Shown here: piece after piece, positions 57,009 to 64,000 of the stretch | Layout: each line of letters opens with the position of its first letter | Position numbering within the stretch: the first letter of the stretch is position 1 | From: Parcubacteria group bacterium Gr01-1014_3 | GTDB lineage: Bacteria; Patescibacteriota; Minisyncoccia; UBA6257; WO2-44-18 | Assembly (NCBI GenBank): GCA_007376445.1 | Contig: VMGF01000001.1 | Span: 252,203-316,202, forward strand | Reading direction: 5' to 3' | DNA: 64,000 nt | Position numbers and translations under genes: made by a program | Notes under the pieces: model-generated | Database searches by the model: none | What the model saw: the letters and a program-made list of their open reading frames with translations, nothing else | Told to the model about the DNA's origin: nothing

Positions 57009-57081
57009 GGGTGCGTAGCTCAGTGGTTAGAGCAGTCGTCTTATACACGACCGGTCCCTGGTTCGAATCCAGGCGCACCCA
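57009..57081 (+). tRNA. tRNA-Ile(TAT)
   Basis: Cloverleaf GGGTGCG/CGCACCC-A; anticodon arm GTCGT-CT-TAT-AC-ACGAC. Confidence 0.88.
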
Positions 57082-57096
57082 CTCAAAAGATTTTTC

Positions 57097-59241
57097 ATGC
57101 TCAAACTCACCACGCAAATAGCTTTGATCCAGGGATTGCCTTCTAAGTTTGTTAGTAATCTCAAAAAACTGGATATTCTGACGATCAAAGACCTTCTGCT
57201 TCACTTTCCGACGCGATACGAGGATTTTTCCAGCGTGGTGAAGATTGCTGACTTGAAAGTAAACGAAGCGGCGACGATCAGCGGTTTCGTGAAGCGGATC
57301 GAATCCAGGCGTTCCTGGAGGAGAAAGATATTCGTGATCGAAGCCTCAATTATGGATGAAACGGGCAGTATCAAGGCGCTTTGGTTCAATCAGCCATACA
57401 TCGCAAAGGTTCTTCAGCCTGGCCGCAGGATAAATTTTGCCGGAAAAGTAACTGTGTCGGATGACGAACTTTGTTTATCCGGACCAACTTTTGAGTTTGT
57501 CGGCGCCGGAGAGGCTAAGCACACCGCCGGCCTAATCCCGATCTATCCAGAAACAAAAGGACTGACTTCAAAAGGTATCCGATACTTAATGAGAGCCGCG
57601 CTGACCAATCTAGAACCAGTCGCGGATTTTATTCCAAAAGCGATTTTGGCTGAGCACGCGCTTCCCGATGTCACCAAGTCTTTCCAGACGATCCATTTCC
57701 CGAAAAGCATGGAAGATGTTGAAATTGCCCGCCAACGCTTTGCCTTTGAAGATTTGTTTTTACTTCAACTAAATAACGCGAAGGCCAGATTGGATCTGGC
57801 CAAAGAAAAAGCGCCGTCACTTAAATTTACCGATGAAGATCTCACCGCGATCCTTAAAAATCTGCCGTTTGAACTGACCGCCTCCCAGCTTACCAGCGTC
57901 AAAGAAATTTTATCCGATCTATCTGGGACTAAACCGATGAACCGGTTGCTTCAAGGAGATGTTGGCTCAGGAAAGACAGTGGTCGCGGCAATCGCGGCGA
58001 TCGTGGCCGCCAAAAACGGGAAGCAGACCGCTCTTATGGCGCCGACCGAAGTATTAGCTCGCCAACACTACAAAACATTAACTTCGATCTTCGGAAAACA
58101 TGGAGTTGGTATCGGACTTTTGACCAGCGGAGAGGCAAGGTCGTTTTTCGGCGAGAACTTGGAGGCGAAAACCACCAAACCCAAGCTACTCAAAGATATC
58201 GAGAGCGGCAAGATCACCCTGGTAATTGGTACCCATGCCATTATTTCTACCGGCAAGGATCGGGTGCCGGTCGCGTTTAATGACTTAGCTCTCGCTATCG
58301 TGGACGAACAGCACCGCTTTGGCGTGGAGCAACGCGCCGCCCTGGTAAAACAAGAGAGGAATCCAGGCGATGAGACGACCATTCATTTCTTATCGATGAG
58401 CGCCACGCCGATCCCACGCACGCTTTCCCTCACACTTTTCGGCGATCTTGATTTATCGATCATCAACGAACTTCCGAAAGGAAGAAAAGAAATCATCACG
58501 AAAGTCGTGGCTCCAACCAATCGCGCTAAGGCCTATCAGTTCGTGCGCGAGCAGGTTTTGCAGGGCCGTCAGGTATTCGTGATCTGTCCGCGTATCGAAG
58601 CCGCGGTTGAGGAAGAGTCAGATGAAGCAAATCCAAAACTAAAACTTTGGTCAGATGTTAAAGCCGTGAAAGAAGAGTTCGAAAGGCTATCCACCAAAAT
58701 TTTCCCGGATTTGAAACTGGCGATGCTGCATGGAAAACTTAAAGCCGCGGAGAAATCCAAGATCATGGCGGATTTCATGGCCGGTCAAACCAATATTTTA
58801 GTATCGACTTCGGTGATCGAAGTCGGTGTGGATGTGCAGAACGCGAACATTATGATCATCGAAGGCGCGGATCGTTTCGGTCTTGCCCAGCTTTATCAGT
58901 TCCGCGGACGCGTGGGCCGGGGCGAACATCAATCATATTGCCTGCTTTTTACCGATTCTTCCTCCGATTCGACGAGTCAGCGCCTAAACGCTCTTTTGCG
59001 CGCCAAGAATGGCTTTGAGTTAGCGGAAGAAGATCTCAAGCTCCGTGGTCCGGGCCAGTTCATCGGGTCTAAACAAACCGGCATTCCGGATCTGGCGATG
59101 AAGGCCTTGAATAACATTGAACTTATTAAAATGGCCCGTACCTCCGCGGACATCATATTGAAAGAGGACGCCAGACTCACTAAATACGCGCCCCTTAGAG
59201 CGGTTCTAAAGGCATTCCAAAAGAAGATACATTTAGAATAA
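57097..59241 (+). CDS. recG: ATP-dependent DNA helicase RecG
   Basis: QGDVGSGKT, DEQHRFG, SATPIPRT, GLAQLYQFRGRVGR, DLKLRGPG. Confidence 0.96.
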   Translation: MLKLTTQIALIQGLPSKFVSNLKKLDILTIKDLLLHFPTRYEDFSSVVKIADLKVNEAATISGFVKRIESRRSWRRKIFVIEASIMDETGSIKALWFNQPYIAKVLQPGRRINFAGKVTVSDDELCLSGPTFEFVGAGEAKHTAGLIPIYPETKGLTSKGIRYLMRAALTNLEPVADFIPKAILAEHALPDVTKSFQTIHFPKSMEDVEIARQRFAFEDLFLLQLNNAKARLDLAKEKAPSLKFTDEDLTAILKNLPFELTASQLTSVKEILSDLSGTKPMNRLLQGDVGSGKTVVAAIAAIVAAKNGKQTALMAPTEVLARQHYKTLTSIFGKHGVGIGLLTSGEARSFFGENLEAKTTKPKLLKDIESGKITLVIGTHAIISTGKDRVPVAFNDLALAIVDEQHRFGVEQRAALVKQERNPGDETTIHFLSMSATPIPRTLSLTLFGDLDLSIINELPKGRKEIITKVVAPTNRAKAYQFVREQVLQGRQVFVICPRIEAAVEEESDEANPKLKLWSDVKAVKEEFERLSTKIFPDLKLAMLHGKLKAAEKSKIMADFMAGQTNILVSTSVIEVGVDVQNANIMIIEGADRFGLAQLYQFRGRVGRGEHQSYCLLFTDSSSDSTSQRLNALLRAKNGFELAEEDLKLRGPGQFIGSKQTGIPDLAMKALNNIELIKMARTSADIILKEDARLTKYAPLRAVLKAFQKKIHLE

Positions 59242-59347
59242 ATAACGTGTTATAATGAGGCGCACTTTAACAAAGGCTAAACCTAATTCGCTATGTGGCG
59301 AATTAGGTCGCCCGATCAAATCAGGGATTTGATTTAGGGAGGTTCTA

Positions 59348-59926
59348 ATGAAAGCGCTTTTGATGGTTGATCCGCAGAATGATTTTTGCCCGGGTGGTTC
59401 TTTGCCGGTTAAGGACGGCGACCAGGTGATGGAGCCGTTAAACCGGATGATGGAATACGCCAAGAAAAATAACTGGGTTTTGGCCGCATCGCGCGACTGG
59501 CATCCGAAAAAGACCAATCATTTCGCCAAATATGGCGGAAAATGGGCGGTACATTGCGTGAAGAATACCAATGGCGCCAAATTTCATCCGGCGCTCAAGG
59601 TTACGAAAGACGTGATGGTTTTCTCCAAAGGTATGCTGAAGGACCAGGATGCTTACTCGGCTTTCCAGGGATATTCCAAGTTTGGTGAGACATTGGCGGA
59701 CTACCTGAAGTCTTATGGAGTTCAGGAGTTATATGTTGGCGGCCTAGCTACCGATTATTGCGTGAAGGAAAGCGTGATTTCGGCTATCAAAGAATGTTTC
59801 AAGGTTTATCTTCTTCTTGACGCGTGCCGGGCAGTAGATATCGAGCCGGGCGATGGTGATCGGGCGATTGAAGTAATGAAGCAAGTCGGCGCGATTCTGA
59901 CCACCACCAAAAAGGTGATGGCATGA
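59348..59926 (+). CDS. pncA: Nicotinamidase/pyrazinamidase
   Basis: VDPQNDF, DWH, W..HC, K, YSAF, GLATDYCV. Confidence 0.92.
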   Translation: MKALLMVDPQNDFCPGGSLPVKDGDQVMEPLNRMMEYAKKNNWVLAASRDWHPKKTNHFAKYGGKWAVHCVKNTNGAKFHPALKVTKDVMVFSKGMLKDQDAYSAFQGYSKFGETLADYLKSYGVQELYVGGLATDYCVKESVISAIKECFKVYLLLDACRAVDIEPGDGDRAIEVMKQVGAILTTTKKVMA

Positions 59927-61164
59927 GCTACATCATCAACTCGCTTCTCGATACGGATTTCTATAAGTTCACGATGGGTCAGTTGGTTTTTAAGCATTTC
60001 CGGGATGTTCCCGTGCGGTATGCTTTCAAGAACCGGACGGCGAAGGTTCCGCTTGGTCGGATCATCAAAGAGGCCGATCTCCGGCGAGAGCTGGACCATG
60101 TGATGGAGTTACGCCTTGGCAACAGCGAATATCATTATCTGCTCGGAACGTATGAGTACAAAGAGCGGATGTTCCGAGAGGATTATCTCCAGTTTTTGAA
60201 GAATCTGGAACTTCAGCCTTATGAGCTTCGCTACGAAGGCGACGCGATTAAGCTTGAGTTTGCCGGTCCTTGGTCATCGGAAATTCAATGGGAGACCATG
60301 GCGCTTTCGATCATCAACGAACTTTACTATCGGGTGTACATGGAGCGGCTATCGGAGTTTGAGAGAGACGCTGTTCACGCGGAGGGCGTATTGCGGTTTA
60401 AGCGCAAAGTCGATGTTTTAAAGAAAAATCCGGGAATTGTGTTCACGGATTTCGGAACTCGGCGGCGCTTTAGCTTTGATCAGCAGGATTACGTGAACGG
60501 CGTGCTTGCGAAAGAGTTTCCAGCAACCCAGTTCCGCGGCACTTCCAATACTTATCTAGCAATGAAGCATGGTCTGACGCCGATGGGTACTTCGGCTCAC
60601 GAATTGTTCATGGTCATGGCCGGTATCAAACATAATAGCGACGAAAGTATCCGCCAATCGCACAACGAAGTTTTGCGTTATTGGTGGGAAGAGTACGGCT
60701 ACGGCCTTTCGATCGCGCTGACAGATACCTATGGAAGCGATTTCTTTTTCCTGGATATGACTGCCGAGCAGGCGCGTCAGTGGAAGGGTCTTCGGCAGGA
60801 TTCCGGCGACCCATTCGATTTCGGCGAAAAAGCGATTAAGTTTTACGAAAAGCACGGCATTGATCCGAAGAAGGATGAAAAGATAATCGTTTTCAGTGAC
60901 GGATTGGATATCGAGATGATCGAAAAACTTTATGAACGATTCCATGATCGGATCAAGGTCACGTTCGGCTGGGGCACCAACCTCACCAACGATCTTGGTT
61001 TCCCGGCGCTCTCACTTGTCGTCAAGGCGGTGGAGGCCAACGGCAATCGATTAGTGAAGCTGAGCGACAACCTCGCTAAGGCTACTGGCGACATGGACGA
61101 TATCGCGAGATTCAAATCCATCTTCGGATATTCCGGAGATAATTACGAAGAGTGCAAATACTAA
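59923..61164 (+). CDS. pncB: Nicotinate phosphoribosyltransferase
   Basis: LLDTDFYKFTM, DFGTRRR, GTSN, GTSAHE, RQDSGDP, FSDGL, KLSD. Confidence 0.94.
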   Translation: MSYIINSLLDTDFYKFTMGQLVFKHFRDVPVRYAFKNRTAKVPLGRIIKEADLRRELDHVMELRLGNSEYHYLLGTYEYKERMFREDYLQFLKNLELQPYELRYEGDAIKLEFAGPWSSEIQWETMALSIINELYYRVYMERLSEFERDAVHAEGVLRFKRKVDVLKKNPGIVFTDFGTRRRFSFDQQDYVNGVLAKEFPATQFRGTSNTYLAMKHGLTPMGTSAHELFMVMAGIKHNSDESIRQSHNEVLRYWWEEYGYGLSIALTDTYGSDFFFLDMTAEQARQWKGLRQDSGDPFDFGEKAIKFYEKHGIDPKKDEKIIVFSDGLDIEMIEKLYERFHDRIKVTFGWGTNLTNDLGFPALSLVVKAVEANGNRLVKLSDNLAKATGDMDDIARFKSIFGYSGDNYEECKY

Positions 61165-61168
61165 AACC

Positions 61169-61207
61169 AACCCCGCCCTTTCTGGGATTCAAAGAAAGAG
61201 CGGGGTT
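61169..61207. terminator. Terminator hairpin between convergent genes
   Basis: aaccccgccctttct...agaaagagcggggtt. Confidence 0.7.
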
Positions 61208-61214
61208 ATTTTTA

Positions 61215-61622
61215 TTAATAAATCGCTACCGGCCAGGAGTTGTCTAGGGCATAAACGCCTCCACCGATGCCAACGATGATGAGTAGGGCCGCGAGAATGG
61301 CGATGTCTAGTTCATATCCGCCAACCAACTTTTGGCCACGGCTCATTTTCCAGAGAGCGGCGACGATAATATCCACGGCTAGCAAGATAGCTATGAGTTG
61401 CGTGCCAACTCCAAGAATCAAAGCCAGACTACCGAAGAATTCCACATGAGCGACGATCGTACCCCAGAAAAAACCTGGCTTGAAACCCATCATGGAAAAA
61501 CTTTGCCAAGTCGCCGGCAAATTCCGCAGTTTTGGCCAGCCGTGAGCCAAAAATATCGCTCCGATGATCAATCGGGCAATCACTAAATAATAATCACTGA
61601 AACCTGAAAGTAATGTAATCAT
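61215..61622 (-). CDS. DoxX family membrane protein
   Basis: RL..G..F..HG..K, EFFG, GGYE, G.G.YALD. Confidence 0.88.
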   Translation of the reverse strand: MITLLSGFSDYYLVIARLIIGAIFLAHGWPKLRNLPATWQSFSMMGFKPGFFWGTIVAHVEFFGSLALILGVGTQLIAILLAVDIIVAALWKMSRGQKLVGGYELDIAILAALLIIVGIGGGVYALDNSWPVAIY

Positions 61623-61684
61623 ACAAAAAGTATATCATATTAACTTTTGCCAAGCGCTAAATTTTATAGTATAATCGGGGAAAT

Positions 61685-61759
61685 GGCCTCATCGTCTAAC
61701 GGCTAGGACAGCCCCCTTTCACGGGGCAAATAGGGGTTCGATTCCCCTTGAGGCTACCA
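61685..61759 (+). tRNA. tRNA-Glu(TTC)
   Basis: Cloverleaf; GCCCC-CT-TTC-AC-GGGGC; CCA encoded. Confidence 0.93.
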
Positions 61760-61768
61760 AAAGTTTTT

Positions 61769-62824
61769 ATGAAAATCTTATCTATCGAAACGAGTTGCGA
61801 TGAGACCTCGGTCGCTTTAGTTGAGGCGAAGGGCGGATTAAAATATCCGGAGTTTAAGGTTATCGAGAATATCGTCTCCTCGCAGATCGCCGTGCACCGG
61901 CCATTTGGCGGCGTGGTGCCTAATCTCGCCAAGCGGGAACACCTTAAGAATCTTCCTAAGATTCTACAAAAATTGAAAATTAAAAATTTAAAATTTAAAA
62001 TTGATGCCGTCGCGGTCACCGTTGGCCCCGGTCTCGAACCGGCGCTTTGGACCGGAATCGAATATGCCAAGCAGCTATCAAAGGATTTAAATAAGCCGCT
62101 TATCGGGGCGAATCATATGGAGGGCCACCTATATTCTAATTGGTTACCGCGTAAGATTGCCGCGCTTGCTTCTACGCGTAGAAGCGCTCGCAATGACGGA
62201 ATACGATTCCCAGCGATTGCGTTGGTGGTGAGCGGGGGACACACGATACTTTTGAAAATGGATTCGCTGACCAAGTGGAAAAACTTGGGCGAAACGCTTG
62301 ATGACGCGGCTGGAGAAGCTTTTGATAAAGTCGCGCGAATGTTGAAGTTGCCATATCCGGGCGGGCCAGAAATTCAAAAACTAGCCCTTCGACAGGCTCA
62401 GGGTAAACATCCGAAAGGCACGATCAAGTTCCCACGGCCGATGTTGCGAGACGATAATTATAAATTCAGCTTCTCTGGATTAAAAACCTCCGTGCTTTAT
62501 TATCTTCGCGATAATCCGAAAGCTAAAAAAGAAGATGTGGCGGCCTCATTCCAGCAGGCGGTTCTGGATGTGCTGGTTGGTAAAACCATGCGCGCGGCCA
62601 GAGCGTACCGCGCGAAATCGGTTTTGCTTTGCGGTGGCGTGTCGGCCAACGTGGCATTGCGGGAATCTTTGAAAGAATCAGCAGAAAAATATGGCATGAA
62701 ATTTTTTGTGCCGGAATTTGAATATAATACCGATAACGCGGCCATGATCGCCGCCGCGGCGTATATTCAGTATTTAAGAAAGAAGAAGTTAAAACTGGAA
62801 GCAAATTCAAATTTAAGTTTATAA
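61769..62824 (+). CDS. tsaD: t6A synthase TsaD
   Basis: IETSCDET, GGVVP, GPGL, NHMEGH, VSGGHT, DDAAGEAFDK, FSFSGLKT, DNAAMI. Confidence 0.96.
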   Translation: MKILSIETSCDETSVALVEAKGGLKYPEFKVIENIVSSQIAVHRPFGGVVPNLAKREHLKNLPKILQKLKIKNLKFKIDAVAVTVGPGLEPALWTGIEYAKQLSKDLNKPLIGANHMEGHLYSNWLPRKIAALASTRRSARNDGIRFPAIALVVSGGHTILLKMDSLTKWKNLGETLDDAAGEAFDKVARMLKLPYPGGPEIQKLALRQAQGKHPKGTIKFPRPMLRDDNYKFSFSGLKTSVLYYLRDNPKAKKEDVAASFQQAVLDVLVGKTMRAARAYRAKSVLLCGGVSANVALRESLKESAEKYGMKFFVPEFEYNTDNAAMIAAAAYIQYLRKKKLKLEANSNLSL

Positions 62825-62871
62825 AAAAATCCAAGCGTGTTAGGCTCGGGTTAGCTTTTTGAGGGTAAAAA

Positions 62872-63147
62872 GTGGACAAAATAGTTCTCTGGAGCGCAGT
62901 AATCATCAACCTTCTTGTCATTAGTGTCGGGCTTGGATTGCAAGCTTATAAGAACTATCAGGCCAAGAGTACCCAGCACTTATCGTTGATTCTTTACACT
63001 CTAAGTTTTCTTGGATGGGTTTCTTGGTCCGCTTACGGATTTACAAAGCAAGATTGGTTTTTGCTTGGCGTACAAAGTCTTGGAGCCATGATGACTGCCG
63101 CGATACTTACGCAGTTCTTTATATATAGGAAGAAAAAGGCCCCCTAA
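62872..63147 (+). CDS. SemiSWEET/PQ-loop family 3-TM protein
   Basis: Q.YKNY..KST..LS, W..YG; 91 aa. Confidence 0.7.
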   Translation: MDKIVLWSAVIINLLVISVGLGLQAYKNYQAKSTQHLSLILYTLSFLGWVSWSAYGFTKQDWFLLGVQSLGAMMTAAILTQFFIYRKKKAP

Positions 63148-63190
63148 AGGGTCTTTTTATTTGGAAATTAACCGATATACTATATTCATA

Positions 63191-64000
63191 ATGACTATTG
63201 ATGGGGCATACGATCCAAAACAAACTGAGGATCGGATCTATAAAGCCTGGGAAGATGGCGGGTTTTTTAATCCGGATAATTTAAAGAAAGCTAAAAAACC
63301 ATATGCCGTTCATCTTCCCCCGCCGAATGTGACCGGATCGCTTCACATGGGCCACGCTCTCAACGCCACGATCACGGACATTTTAATCCGCTATCACCGG
63401 ATGAGGGGATATAAAACCGTCTGGTTTCCGGGCACGGACCACGCCGGCATCGCCACCCAGAACGTGGTTGAGAAAAATTTAAAAAAAGAGGGAATTTCCC
63501 GCTGGGATTTGGGCCGGGAAAAATTTATCGAGAAAGTCTGGGAGTGGAAAGAAAAATACGGCAACATCATCATTGAGCAGTTGAAAAAACTGGGCGCCTC
63601 CGCTGATTGGTCTCGTTTGCGGTTCACGATGGACGACAATTATGCCGAATGGGTCAAAAAAGCTTTTATGCACTATCACGAAAAAGGCTGGATTTATCGT
63701 GGGAAAAGAATCGTGAGCTGGTGTACGGCTTGCCAAACCTCGCTTTCGGACCTCGAAATTGAATACAAAGAAGAGAATGGGAAACTGTGGTATATAAAGT
63801 ACCCAATAGTGAAGGAGGCTAGAATTAATAGTCCCAGTCAAAGAGGGACATATGAAGTTCACGAAAAAGATTACATTGTGGTGGCGACGACGCGGCCGGA
63901 GACCCTGCTTGGAGACGCGGCAGTAGCCGTAAATCCGAAAGACGACCGGTATAAGAAGCTGGTTGGTAAAAAGGTAATGCTGCCGATCCAAAATCGGGAA
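63191..64000 (+). CDS. valS: Valine--tRNA ligase (3' end runs off the window)
   Basis: YDP..E, PPPNVTGSLHMGHA, GTDHAGIATQ, ATTRPET.LGD.AVAV. Confidence 0.95.
   Translation, partial: MTIDGAYDPKQTEDRIYKAWEDGGFFNPDNLKKAKKPYAVHLPPPNVTGSLHMGHALNATITDILIRYHRMRGYKTVWFPGTDHAGIATQNVVEKNLKKEGISRWDLGREKFIEKVWEWKEKYGNIIIEQLKKLGASADWSRLRFTMDDNYAEWVKKAFMHYHEKGWIYRGKRIVSWCTACQTSLSDLEIEYKEENGKLWYIKYPIVKEARINSPSQRGTYEVHEKDYIVVATTRPETLLGDAAVAVNPKDDRYKKLVGKKVMLPIQNRE

Overview
A 64-kb chromosomal segment, most likely from a Patescibacteria (CPR, Parcubacteria-like) genome. The basis for that call is the CPR-type pilin/PrgI/VirB4/VirB6 cluster, compact housekeeping genes, many orphans and the short-repeat families. 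Housekeeping genes: yidC, jag, rsmA, pcrA, cca, nusA, tig, clpP, tyrS, dut, tmk, ftsH, recG, tsaD and partial valS. There are 7 tRNAs, including tRNA-Ile(UAU). Metabolic genes are unusually numerous for CPR: glnA, serA, thrA-asd-kinase-thrC, an H+-PPase and pncAB. No CRISPR array, rRNA, integrase or transposase was seen. The main unexplained signals are: (1) small free-standing nucleases (GxxExxY, LAGLIDADG+YraN, Zn-finger/Vsr-like), each with its own short motif beside it, plus solo 7-nt tandem repeats and GC palindromes inserted in-frame in core genes; (2) a ~147-nt structured element present twice with compensatory base changes; (3) a translin/TRAX (C3PO)-like gene preceded by a long G-U-rich hairpin; (4) a ~270-nt multi-hairpin leader that sequesters a Shine-Dalgarno; (5) a cluster of three CPBP genes and a ceramidase-like gene. 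All calls come from reading the sequence and recognising motifs; no searches were run.
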